Part shown: one piece after another, positions 39,820 to 52,185 of the stretch
Position numbering within the stretch: position 1 is the stretch's first letter
How the letters are laid out: every line of letters starts with the position of its first letter
Assembly: GCA_020891255.1 (NCBI GenBank)
Contig: BQFW01000017.1
Span: forward strand, 1 to 64,000
Reading direction: 5' to 3'
Source of the DNA: Entomortierella parvispora E1425
Taxonomy: Eukaryota; Fungi; Mortierellomycota
DNA: 64,000 bases
Notes under the pieces: model-generated
What the model was told of the DNA's origin: nothing
Databases searched by the model: none
What the model saw: only the letters and a program-made list of their open reading frames with translations
Position numbers and translations under genes: made by a program

Positions 39820-41765
39820 CTACTTGGGCTCGACAGGTACGATACCGTCCAACTCCTTGAGGGCAATCTCGGAGATGGGGCCCTTGAACCAGTTCTTAGC
39901 ACTCAAGAACCAAGTAAGGGTGGAGAAGGCCAAGAGGAAACCAACGGCAGCGGGAGTAAAGTTGAAAGTGTCAACGTCCGACACGGGCCACGACTGGGGC
40001 AAATTGAAGATGATAAAGATGAATGCGGTCCAGATGACGGCAACCCAGCCAATGGGCTTAGAGAAGCGTCCGAGGTTGAATTCGTGCTGGACAAAGGTCG
40101 AAGAGCCGACGGTGATACGGAGCAAGATGGGAATGGCGTACGAAGTGGTGAATCCAATGATAGAGATTCCAGAGATGGCGCTCAAAGTGGCGGCAGATCC
40201 AAGTGAGGGCAAGGCCAAGATGATGACGACAGTCACAGAGAGCCAGACAAGACGGAGGGGCATCATGGTCCGCTTGTTAAGCACAGTCCAGTAGGGCGAG
40301 AAAGGAAGACCACCATCGCGGGCAAAAGCATAGAGCATGCGAGAGTTGGCGGCAACAGTGGCAACACCGCAAAGGAATCCAGCGAAAACAACGATGAAGA
40401 TGAGAACCGTACCACCCTTCTTGCCAGCACAGTCAACGAAAATCTGCTGGGCGGCACCACCGTACGCACTACTCAAAGTAGCGGCGTAGTTCTGGATACC
40501 AAAAGTCATGGCGAGGGCAAGACCCAAACCAATCATGACAGAGGCAAAGATGGAGAGAAGAATTCCGCGGGGGCCGTTCACGTAAGAGCGCTCGGTCTCC
40601 TCGGACATGTGGGCAGACCTGAGGATCGAGAGAAAGGACTTGTAAGAACGATTGGATAATAAAATTTTGAGTAACTGGCATTTCAAGCATTTGGCATCGT
40701 CACTTACGCATCATAACCAAGCATGGACCACTGGGATTGCAAGAGACCCAACATGAAAACAAACACTGGGCTGGCACCGGCGGCTGTATAACCAGTGGTA
40801 TCCTCAAAATCAGTGAAGACCCACTTTGCAGACTGCAACTTTGGGGCACCCACAAGGATGACGATGATGATGGCGATTGTGCCAGCAATGTGGACGAAGA
40901 CAGAAACAAGGGAGGCGACCTTGAGGGCACGGCCACCAGCCGAGTTAACGAGACCAGCGGTGATCATGTAAGCAGCCATGATATAGAAGTTCTTCTTTCC
41001 AGTAAGTTCGTAGGAGGGGTTCCAGATAGCAATCATAGAGTTGGTGAAGGTAGCAGCAGCAAGCACAGATCCGGAGCATCCAGCAACCTGGCCGAGAATG
41101 TTGAACCAGGCCTCATACCAAGAGAACATGGGTCCCCACTTGGGTCCACCCTAAATTGACAGGAAAAGAGAAACGTCAGCAATTGCAAGCTGGATCATCT
41201 TGCTACAGAGAGCGAAAGAGCTTGAAACTTACAAGCTTGGCAGTCCAGAAGTAGAGTCCACCAGCAGTAGGATAAGTACTGCAAATCTCGGCCATACCAA
41301 GACCAATGAACATGACAAAGAAGGCGACAAGCAACCAACCCCAGATGGCAACAATGGGACCACCAGTGACCATACCGAATCCAAAAAGGGGAATGATACC
41401 GATCAGCACAGATGAGTTGGTCAAGGTGAAGCCAAAGTTCTGAAGACCAGAGAACTGACGCCTGTTGGTAGAAAAAAGAAGAGTGGAGAGGTCAGTTAGG
41501 AATACGTCTTTCATCTTCTCACAGTCCATGACGCTTTCTCCAGGGCAATCAATTGTATGTACTTCATGTTTTGCTTGTAGCCGAGCTATTGTGAGTTGAG
41601 CGGTGGAAAGGAGGCAGCACGCAGGTTAGCAACTCAAGTGGTCCGAGTGAAGAAAACATGAGAGGAGTCAACTTCTATAGTCCAGGACGGTTCTCATACC
41701 TTGGCGAGACGAGCCTCGTCCTCATTGTAGGTGGCGGGGTGACCCTTTTCCTCGATGGTAGCCAT
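39820..41765 (-). CDS. APC-superfamily amino-acid/GABA/choline permease (Uga4/Tpo5/Hnm1-like)
   Basis: LGYKQ, GGPIVAIWGW, MAEICSTYPTAGGLYFW, GYDASAHMSEET, NSRMLYAFARDGGLP. Confidence 0.95.
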
Positions 41766-42304
41766 TTGGAATGAAATGGAGATGGAAAGGGGATGCGAGG
41801 GGAATGGGGCGGATGTGGTGATGAGAAGGAAGAAAGAAGAGGAGAAAAAAAAAAAAAAGAAAGAAAGAAAAAAAAAGGAGGGAAAAGAATAGGTGGGGGA
41901 GCGGACTTTTTATGTAATGAAGCACGAATCTGGATTGATCACAATCACCTGTCTGGCCCTGGCCGTCGCCCGTCGGCGGACAGGATCCCAGCTGGAAGTC
42001 GAGTGGGGGGTGGCGGGCAGGGCAGGAACAGGAGCAGGAAGGGGAGAAACGAGTTGGCATCCGAGGACCGCAGAGGACAGGGGCAATTGAACGTAAGCCC
42101 ACGCTCAGTGAACGTCTGTCAGAGGGAGGGGCCGGGCCTTTTTTTTTTTCTCCCTCGCACAAACGAACAAACAAGAAAACAGACCAGAAAAAATAGGCTG
42201 GCAAACAGGCACATGCCAAGGGCCAGAAACTACCCACGCGAACGAACAGGCAGGCAGTGTGATACAAGAACCAGCCCGGGTTTTTTTGTCACACGCACAC
42301 CCAC

Positions 42305-42385
42305 GTTCTCACTCTCCCTCTCACTCTCTCACTCTCACTCTCTCACTCTCATTCTCTCCCTCTCCCTCTCTCTCTCTCACACCCA
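42305..42385. repeat. CT/CACT-rich microsatellite upstream of the permease
   Basis: ctctcactctctcactctcactctc... tract. Confidence 0.85.
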
Positions 42386-43088
42386 CACACCTTCATCCAT
42401 CAGTGCCTTCATTCCTCTTCACCCACATGTCCACCCGCTGCCTCCATTCTCCGGTCGTGCACTTGGACAGATTTACAGTCAGTGCGCTCCTGCCCCCCTC
42501 CTGATTAGCCCTGTTCCTGTCTCCTGTCCCCTGTTCCTGATGTCTGTGCCAGTGCCCGAGCGAGTGTATTTTCTCAGCCCAATGCCGTGGGAGTTGCCTG
42601 CTATTTTTATTTACAACGGTCGTCTCTCGGAAGGACATCGACCTCACAATCATACATGTACTTTCACGCTCTTTTGCGGAGGAGATGAAGGAGACAAAAG
42701 AGTCGAGAGTACTGTACAGTACGCACAGAAGCACTAGAACCTGGACCCTTTCCTGCGATTGGCGGACGGAGAGATTCAGTGCCCCACCTGTGTCGTTCGT
42801 GGCAGTCCATGCACGGACTGAGATCGAAAATGGGTCAAGCAAGGTTAGTCTTTTGGATTTCGTTGGGGTACAACCGCAACGCTGACTACCCGCGTGCAAA
42901 TCCAAGATTATCTTGGTTTCTGCCGTCGAACATTCATCTATCGGTACTGTACTGTAAAAGCAGGGCGCAGGCCATATTATTATGTTTTTGAATGCGCTGT
43001 AGTTCTTTATTATATGAAGTTCCTGCTGGTATAGACAGATATGATATGTGGTGATCGTGTGGTCGTGTGGTTCGTGTGTCTGATATAA

Positions 43089-45149
43089 CTACACGACAGC
43101 CATAGGCATGGGCGTGGGCGACCCTGCTCTAGCTGCTCCGGAAGAGGAGGAGCCTACCATTGAGTCGTCTCGAAGCATCCTCAAGAGCTGCTCCCGCTCC
43201 TTGGCGCTGAGTTCGCCATCGTCGTCCTCGCGCATGCTCTGGTCTCGTTGTTTTCTGTGTATGAAACAACAAAAAAAGTCAGCTCATGAGCGGCCATTTT
43301 TTTTTCGCAACACCTCTTCTACAGCACATTGATCATCCTTACCCAGATCGGATTACAGCAGCCACGTCTGTTGGACCAGAGACAAAGTAGGGCTCGTCGG
43401 CAAAGGGATTGGCAGGCTCTGGTGCCGTTGCCACTGTGGAGATCTCTTCTTTGAAAGCTTGGGTGGCTTCACCATGGATGCTTGTAGGACTGCCCGCACG
43501 GGGAGTCGCCAGCAGGGAGCTATTATTGTTCACGCTTGCGCCACCATCCACGCCGGGTGTGCTGGCTCTCATCTGTGCTCGAATTGCCTTGCGGCGTTCC
43601 ATCATTTGACGGTGAGATCTGAGGGCCATGGCCAGCTCGTCATTGGCACTCAGGATGCCAGCTACGAAAAAGGATCAAAGAAGCAGGGTCAGCTATCAGA
43701 ATGACATTGGGGATATTCATTGGCCACTGTTGGTTTCATAGACCTTCTTTCTTTTGCAACCAAACCTCACATACCTAGACAGATTTCGTTGGGCTCGCCT
43801 GACTCTGTGACCTCAGCCAAATAGACCTGCATGCTCCGGTGAAGAGTGACACACTTTGAATAAAACTCCTGTAGAGAGAAATAGATGACGAGGAATGAAG
43901 AGTTTAGTCAACCTTTTCACCAACGAACTCAGTCTTCCAGTCAGCAAATTCAAAGTACCTTGACCAATTCGTTTTCCTCCACAGCCTCCAGTTCGGGGTC
44001 GGCAAAGGCGACGGCCTCCTGTAGCATACGAGCATTGTTATCTGCGAGATCAACGTCTGAAAGAATCTGAAGTGCTCTCTGCAAACAAATCCAATGGTTA
44101 GTGTCCACTTAATATCAGAACCTCTTTCAGAATCCATATGACGACTTACCTGCTCCTTGGTGAGACGAGGTGCAATTGTCAGTGGGGTCACTGTTTTCAT
44201 GAATCGTTGAGTAAGGTAGCGATCGGAAAGCACTTTGTGGTACAGCGATGGAATGATTGCAAGGCCTGGGTCATCCCCGCATTTCTTTGCCCAATCTCCA
44301 AGCCTCTCGATGAGCCTGGCACGAACATGGGCATTGGTCAACTAGATGGTGTCGGAGGGTCCAATGTAATGCAAACAAGTCAATACGAGGTAAAAAAAAA
44401 ACTGCCAACCACGGGCAGGTTTCTAAAAATCGGCAGAAACGTTTCCGTACATCTGACCAGATGGTCTCCATGAGTTCGTTGGCGAACTTGGTGGTGGCCA
44501 ATTCAGCTAGAGTGATGGAAAAAAACACCATGGTGGTTAGAGTTTACTCCTCAGACTTCTACTGCTGTTGATCTGTGTCGATCCTGGATGACTGATTCTC
44601 TGCTCTGTCCTACCTTTGAACTTTGAGCCACATCTGTCCATCATGGACTGAATAATCTGTATTTTTGAAACATATTTGGGCGTCAGAATCCTTGTTTTAG
44701 GGGCGAGGTGATTTCAGTTCAGGTTCCTTGTTCACGTAAAAGCGCGTCGCCTGTACCGTGATGACATTGAGCTGTTGTTGAGGCGTTCCTGTATGCATTC
44801 TCTTGCGTAGTGCTTTCGCAGCCTCTTTGGCTCTATGAAAAGATAGGATTGCTTCGTTAGCAATGTGCCGGAGTCGAACAGTGGGCGTAAGGGACAGGTG
44901 TTGCTTTTACCCGCCGTCTTGAACATTGACATCGTTGCAGAGTTCATTGACCGGCTTCCAGTCATAAATGACTTTCAGGTTGACGATTTGCTCTAATTGA
45001 GGAAACTTGAATTAGTGGGACAGACACATTCTTTCCATCTCTGAATCTCATCAACTGCCTTCGCTCTTTTTTTTTTTTTTTTTTTTTTCTTTGTTCTTAG
45101 TACCGATTTTGGACGTGATCTTTGATTCCTTGAAGACGCTGGGTATCAT
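43089..45149 (-). CDS. VHS-GAT domain protein (Lsb5/TOM1-like; many small exons)
   Basis: Reconstructed VHS: DWKPVNELCNDVN..GGAKEAAKALRKRM...MMDRCG...VRARLIERLGDWA; then a GAT-like helical region and NPFAD motif. Confidence 0.8.
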
Positions 45150-45541
45150 TGTGTTGGGCTGAAGAGAAGTGGGTTGGGGTAGAGAAAGAGACTTGTGTTT
45201 GTACGAGCGACGGCGGGGAAGATGGACTACTTGCTTGTTGTGACTAACCGGGGGCAAAGCCAGAATCACTTCTATTTAAGCATCATTGCCCGGCAGAGCC
45301 CACGCTCTCTAACTTGCAGTGGGCAAATTGACATGACCAATGAAGGCGCAGGGGGCATGCCGTTGTTGCTGCTTTAAGGAGGGTCATGGTCAATTGACCA
45401 GTTTTTAAAGCTCAATTGACACAAACCTCTCAAAAGCCCATTTGAGCTCCTGAGAACTTTTCAAAAGAGGGGATGTCTGAATTGACGGTCATATTATTGT
45501 CACGGGCTATATAACATCTGTACAAATGACTATGAGAACGC

Positions 45542-46646
45542 TCAGTACCAGTCGAAAACCGAGAGACAGTTGGCCGTCTTCGCATTGACTGGATCCAACT
45601 GGTTCAGCACCCAGCGCAACACGACCTTGGATCCAATCATCAAGAGATGCTCTGGCATTGATATCGCGCAAAGGTCTTGAACCAGCGTGTTGGTAACGCC
45701 AGGGTCATTCTGGTAGCACGATTGATACGGTGTAACTACCTCATCGTACCGGGTGGCAATGTTGGAGTAGATCACACCTGGAGAGACGTCTCCATTGGCG
45801 TTCAGCTTTTGGATAAATGGCGACGTGTTGACTGCAGAGAACAAGCCAATGCTTGGTTAGAATACGTTTTGAAGTCAATAAGGCTATCACTGCCAGCCGA
45901 GAGATCTTTAGCTTACCAAGCTCATAGAAAGCAGGGGCGAAACTGTCAAAGATAGGTTGAGCAACATCAAACAGGTGAAGCATCTTGCCCAGCAGGACGA
46001 TTCCATCCAAAGTCGTTCCGTGGTTAATGGCTGAAATTCCGATCATGCTAAAAAAAATGAAAGTAAAAGACTGTTTGAGCTCCCTGTGCAAAAAAAAAAG
46101 CACTGCAGCAAAACCTCAAAACCTCTTCCCTCGCCATGCTTACCGATTCACTTTGCCTGCTCCTCCCAAATAATCAACCCAATAACGACCGAGGATGCCT
46201 CCTTGCGAGTGTCCAACCAGGTCAACCTGCGAGGTGTTGGTAGCCTTGAGGACATTGTCAGCAAAGTTCGCCAGTTCCTGAGCAGATCCCGCTACATGGT
46301 TTAGACCAGCAAAGAAGGGGATCCCGGGCATACGACCATAGGTGAGCGCGAACACGCAATAGCCTTGCTGGACAAGGGCGGGAGCAAAGAGTGGGTGCCA
46401 GGATTCCTCTGTCAAGAGGGTGGCATGGACTAGAATGACTGGCCGAGGATGGGCTGCTGATGGCCTGCAGTTGTAGTTGTTAAGACCTTGCACTGTAGTG
46501 GGTTTGTCTCGCATGGGATTAGGAGCATTGTACGGCAATACAGGTACGGCAGGAGCTGCAGCGACCAACCCAGGTGCAGCCATCAGGATGACCGACATCC
46601 AGGCGAAAAGTATAGACAAAAGGGTTTTCATATTTGACATTGACAT
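45542..46646 (-). CDS. Secreted lipase/esterase, actinobacterial Lipase_2 (EstA-like) type; 3 exons
   Basis: Signal peptide; NCRPSAAHPRPVILVHAT, nucleophile GHSQGG, ATRYDEVVTPY (Asp), VQDLC...EHL (His). Confidence 0.92.
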
Positions 46647-48225
46647 TGGGTGAGAGAGTTAAGAATATATACAAAGATGGCTATATAACAATGTTGAAAG
46701 GGGAAGAGACACGCCAAAGACACAAGCAGCAAAGAAAGGGCAGTGTGTGAGGTTGGGATGGAAAGTCAAAGGATGGGGGGGGCGAAAAGTCGACGAAGAG
46801 CTCAACAACGAGGGGATTCTCTTTGCATCTTATACTTTCTCAGCCAGTTGTTGCTCTACAAGGAATCGGCATTTTGAAGCGCCATTGAGAACAAAGGGAT
46901 GGCGTGGGACGGGGAGCCCAGGTACTTGGGGCACGTAAACTGTGGAGGGTGAGTGGAGAGAAAGTGGAGTATTTGGCATGGGCACGCCAGTGTCGGGGTT
47001 GTCGTATGTGGGGGGCGGCAAAACGGACAGAAAGAAACATCGTCTTCCTTCCAATTTCTCTGCTTTTACCCCTGCAGCGAAGAGCTGCATGCATTGTTGC
47101 AACGGCTGATTCCTTTGATCGCGACTGGCGCGGCGAGCATGAGACAATCAATCCATCCTTCTGCCATTAGTTTAGAACAGAGTGAGGTGGCGGGCAGAGA
47201 GAGAGAGAGAAGGCAAGTGGAGAAAGACCACATCTTTTGATGGCACGCACATGTCTGAAGTTTGTATCGATTACAATTGCTCTTCTTTTGTGTCTTCAGC
47301 TTGCTGTACAGAGCAAATACAGTCTACTGCTGCTGAGGTGATGTCTGTCCCTGAGAGCATATTTTTCAACAGGGAACAACAGGGAACAACAGAGAGCACT
47401 CTACAACGGCAAGAGTACGTGCCATCGGGTGCATCATGTCTCTGGACCAGCATCTCGGTTCTCTCGATCATGATGAGCCGGAATAAAGAAGAAAAGAATG
47501 GAAGCAGGACAAGAGCGAAGGAGCCGAAGAGTGGGCGCATGCAGCCGGGGCGGACCGGTCCTCTATTACGGCGCTCATTCGTACTTTACGAACATGAGGG
47601 TACCACAAGAGGGGTCAAAAAGATAGACAGGGACCAGTGTGGTCAGGTACTTTGGCAGCCGTACAGTTACGCGTGAGACCTTGTTTGGCGCCAGTTCCAT
47701 AAATGATCTCCACACCGGCGCAACCTTCCTCACCCAACGTCATGGCAAGCTTGGACTTGTTGTGCTTTTCTCATGGTTCCTCCAGTTTCTGCACAAACAC
47801 ACGTTTTCGTTTTCGCGCTAGGGGGACTGGGCAAGTAAGATCAATTGATTTCATGTGAAAATGACCAGTAGAGTGCAGTAGCAGGATCTCAGTTGGGCCC
47901 AAGGCCTTGATGAAGGCGCAATTGAACGTATTGCATGCGACGGCGCGTGCGTTGCATTCCGCTGAGGAGCGTGCAAGTCGGCTGTGGAGATGTGGACGCG
48001 TCGATGTCTCACCGTGCTCTACAGGAATTTTCTCCAACTATTTTTTTTTTTTTTTTTTTCATCCTCATCAGAGACCTCCACAGCGATGTCTCGCTTTTTT
48101 TTCTGTCTTGTTTGGGCTTCTAAAGGTATGGACGTGGGGAAAGAGTGAGGGCATTTTTCCTGCTTCCCCACACTCCACCCACACTGATAGACACTGGCAG
48201 CCGCTCGTTACTCTACATATCCAGC

Positions 48226-49385
48226 ATGGCTCCTCTACTCTCGCCATGGCTTTTGCCCAATCTTACATCTACACCCGGCTTCTTTGTTGCTAATGATATC
48301 GACGATGAACCCGCAAGTTACAACCAGGTAAAGCAAAGAGGAATGAATCGTCATTACGTACCGAGGATAGCCATGTCCGTTTCATAACGTCCCACTTCTC
48401 CTTTACAGGCTGCAGCATATCTCTCTGCCAGGATATTAACTGTCGGAGGCGTTACCCTGTTCTTGGTGGGGTTGTGTAAGTGAGTGGTATCAACGATATC
48501 CACCTTTATTGGGAAGTGGTCTCGACAAGAACTCCAACTCAGAAGTTATTGATATTAACAAGAGGTCTGCCACACCTGACCCACGATAGGTTGTATTGGC
48601 GCCGTTCTGCTCCGTTTTGCTCGTTGTCAAGGACGAGTTGAAGTTCACGCTGTGGAATTTGAGAAGGCTGGTGTTCTTGACCAGGAAGCTATCGACAGAT
48701 CCTTACCGATCCGTATCTGGCCTTCTACGGAGCGACTTTTGACGGACAGCCACAATCAGGTTGTGCCCGTGACATCTATCATTCGCATAGACAAAACTGC
48801 TTCAAGTCCGGATGCCACCATTAAGGGAGGGCAGGATGCAGTCCGGCCGCCGCGGCTTCGAGGGCGATTTTTCATGGAGAAGTTTTGCAGTCGTGGAACC
48901 TCTACCTATACGAATGAAATGGACGACTCTGAGGACCATGAACACGAGCTGCAGGTGACAACAACACCGCGTGCCATCCCTCTCTCCTCAATGGCGAAGG
49001 CCACCGACGAACAGTCATTTAAGCAAGTCGATATGGAGGTTATTACTAATACTGAAGAAGAGTGCTGTTGTGCGATCTGTCTTGGAGACTACCAAGTGGG
49101 GGATCGTGTCAGAGTTCTCCTCTGTGGACACGAGTATCATGCAGAATGCGTTGGTAAGTATTCTTTCTTTTTGTTGCATGTGTCCATTTTTTTTTTTTTG
49201 TTTTTTTTGGACTTGTTGACTGAGATTCCTCATATCTTTTGGACGTAGATGTCTGGCTCACTCACAAGTCCACGCACTGCCCACTCTGCAAGCACGATCT
49301 ACTGGACGATATTGATTTGCTGCTGGTCTCTCCTAGCTCGCCATCATCCACCCCTAGCGACTTTGGCCACGGGTACCGGCCTTGA
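48226..49385 (+). CDS. Single-TM RING-H2 E3 ubiquitin ligase (ATL/RNF13-like; 4 exons)
   Basis: TM ILTVGGVTLFLVGLCCIGAVLL; RING-H2 CAICLGDY...LLCGHEYHAECVDVWL...CPLCK. Confidence 0.88.
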
Positions 49386-49499
49386 AGACAGGAAAGTTAG
49401 AAAGTTAGTTCCCACCGCCATCCACTCCCTCCACCCTCGTTAATTTTAATTTTACCCATGTCCAGACAGACTGATAGAGATGAAGAAAGGAAAACAATG

Positions 49500-49575
49500 C
49501 TGTGCGTGCGTGTTCTCTGTGAGGTGGTGTGTGGTTTGTGTGTGAGTGGTGTGTGTGATGTGTGTGTGTGTGCTC
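49500..49575. repeat. Degenerate (TG)n tract
   Basis: gtgtgtggtttgtgtgtgagtggtgtgtgtgatgtgtgtgtgtg between the RING and hydrolase genes. Confidence 0.8.
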
Positions 49576-49851
49576 TGTGCACTGTGCACGATGGCTGCCA
49601 ACAAACACCCAGACTCAGAGAGTGAGACACCCGACCACCGATCGATTTGATCACTCTCTTCCAGGCTGGCTGGGAAACCGGTTTTTGGCTCGAGAGACTC
49701 CCTTTCGCGCAATGCATGCTTTTGGCGCTGGTCCCTTTCTTCATTCCATCTTTCCATCCACCCTTTCCCACTCCTCAACCCTTCCTCCCTTTCTCGGACA
49801 ACACTCACTCACGCTCTCCCCTAGTTTTGCTCATTCCCTGCTCATTTCCGA

Positions 49852-51736
49852 ATGGCACTCCAAAAGTCCATGTCATTCGTTCGAATGATGGTTCCCAAGG
49901 TGCCGCTACTGGTTTCGACCACAGTGAACCACTTTGTTGTTGGCCCTCCAAAGCCTTCCTGGGACTACCGGTTCTACATCACCATGGCCCTGATGCAATC
50001 GTTTGTAGCACAGCTGAACCACGTACCTGTTTTACAGTCGCAAGCCATGTCCCGGCTCAGTGAGGAGGACGCACCTGTGAATCCAGCAGCTCTCGCGACT
50101 CCAGAGACTGTCCCCAACTCATACAGGGATCGGGCCGCAGAGATCCTCGATCAATTGCTTGCCAGACAAGGACTTGACGCCACCAAACTTGGCTGGGACT
50201 GGAAGAATGACCCGAGAGCAAAAGAGCCTCTGGCTGGAGAGTGGACCGAGGCCAGAGAAAAGGATGAAGATCATGTCAAGGGCAGAACGATTCTTTATTG
50301 TAACGATCCAATACCTTTCACTGGATCATTATCTGAGAAGGGAGCTCCTCCCAAAACAACCCAATAACCCCTTTCTTCAATCCATAGGTCATGGTGGTGG
50401 TTATTTCCTTGCATCTATTCAAACTCATCGATGGGCTACCTGGGCCATGGCCCGTCTCTCTGGATCAAGAGTATTTTGTATGAGATGCTCATGGCGCCTA
50501 GGGTTGAGTTTCATATCTTGTCATCTCGTTTGCGTGCTAACAACAACACTTTGATTCATTCAGCAATTGATTACAGACTGGCTCCCTCCTCCCCCTTCCC
50601 TGCCGCTGTTCATGTTAGTGGCCACGTCTCGGAGAAGCAAGAGGGGTGCGCACATTACCTCGGCGGTGGAAGCTAACCCTCTTTTCTTCTTACAACCTCT
50701 TAAAAGGACTCCTTAGCTGCGTACCTGTTCCTGATTCAGCCTCCAGAGCATTCAGGCATCGATGCGGTAGATCCGAAGGACATCGTCATCATGGGCGATT
50801 CTGCAGGAGGAGGTGAGATCAGTGGACCAAACCAAATGGCCAGACGTGCGTCCCTGATTTTTGTTTTGTTTTGACCAATTCCCCCTGCTGCTTTTTAGGA
50901 TTGGCGTACGGCACAATGTTGGCCATTCGCGATGCAGGTCTGCCCATGCCTGCGGGTGTGATTGGCTGGAGTCCATGGTAAATCCAGGTAGCTACCAAAT
51001 CCTCCTGTCTCTGAAGATGATTTATCTTACCCATTTCTTTATTGTAGGTTGGATCTTCTTCATTCCATGCCGTCGGTCTTCTCGAACGTTAGATCAGACT
51101 ACCTCCCGGCCGAAGGTTTCACTCAAGGTGGCCAAGGGTCGATCAGGCGTGTTGCCAAACTGGCCGCGACTATCAAACCAGACGATATCGTTCTGCACCA
51201 TCCCGAGCTTCCATCGATCCAATATTACGCATCCAATGTTGCTCTGGACTGCCCCTATGTCAGTCCGCTGTGCGAGAAGAATCTCGACGGGACTTGTCCA
51301 ATGCTTGTGGTAGGGGTTGATGATTCGAAACGCACTCTACACCTCGGTGTTTTCTCTCTCTGACCGGATCTCTTGTTCTTTAACTCTCTGACCATAGATT
51401 GCAGGCGACGGCGAAATGCTGCGAGACGAGGCCATTGTCTTTGCAGAAAAGAACGCTGGAACGAGGGAGGATCTTCATTTGTTCATTTACGACGACATGC
51501 CTCATGTTTTCCAGATGTTTGATTTCCTTCCGTCGGCTACCCACGCTATGGAGGCCAGTGCACAGTTTATCCGCAAGGTCACCTGCGGAGGTGAAGGGGT
51601 GAAACACCGCAAGGCTGTTCGAGTTAATGTGCTTGGAGAGGAGCGCGCGTTGGAGGATGGGATTGTGGAAGGTTGGGAGAAACGCGTCGGGAAGCTGGGC
51701 GGTGGACGGGAAGTCCTCATCAGCCTGTTGTCGTAA
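49852..51736 (+). CDS. Alpha/beta hydrolase fold-3 (hormone-sensitive-lipase family) esterase (multi-exon)
   Basis: HGGGY, DYRLAP, GDSAGGG, SPWLD, HVFQ. Confidence 0.93.
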
Positions 51737-52185
51737 TAGAAAACAGAGGCGTAGACCAGAGCAGATACCCCATACCCCCTAACAAAGAATGCACATAGCA
51801 AAGCAGAAGATGGTCGCGTGCGGTGTCACCAGCCAGAATGAAGACCCATCCCGGGAAAAGTGGAAGAATAGGCCATGGCCGTTGCAACGCCCACGGAACG
51901 CAACACACATCCAGGGCATTCCCCCCGGCTGTCTATCTCGTCTTCCCGTACGTAATCATTGTTATTGTGCTCACTTTCCATTTTGGCCTTTTCCCGGCGT
52001 TTGGGCATAGAGCGGAGTGAGTGAAAAGCATGGAGCACGCCTGGTCCCCAGCATGGACTTGAAGAATCTGTTGAGCGCTGTTTATCACTCTCCCGTTGCT
52101 CTCTTCCTGTTCTCTTTTCTTTTTTCATTCAGTCTCATTCCTCCTCCCCTCTTTTTCTTTCCATTCACCTCGTTCTCTCTCAAGG

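Noticed and set aside
41793-42737. 314-aa plus-strand ORF in the permease upstream region
   Set aside because: Runs through poly-A, GA and CT microsatellites, has low-complexity composition and no domain.
47271-47540. 89-aa minus-strand ORF with a hydrophobic start and several Cys
   Set aside because: No clear signal-peptide cleavage site, codon bias or family motif; cannot be distinguished from a chance ORF without RNA-seq.
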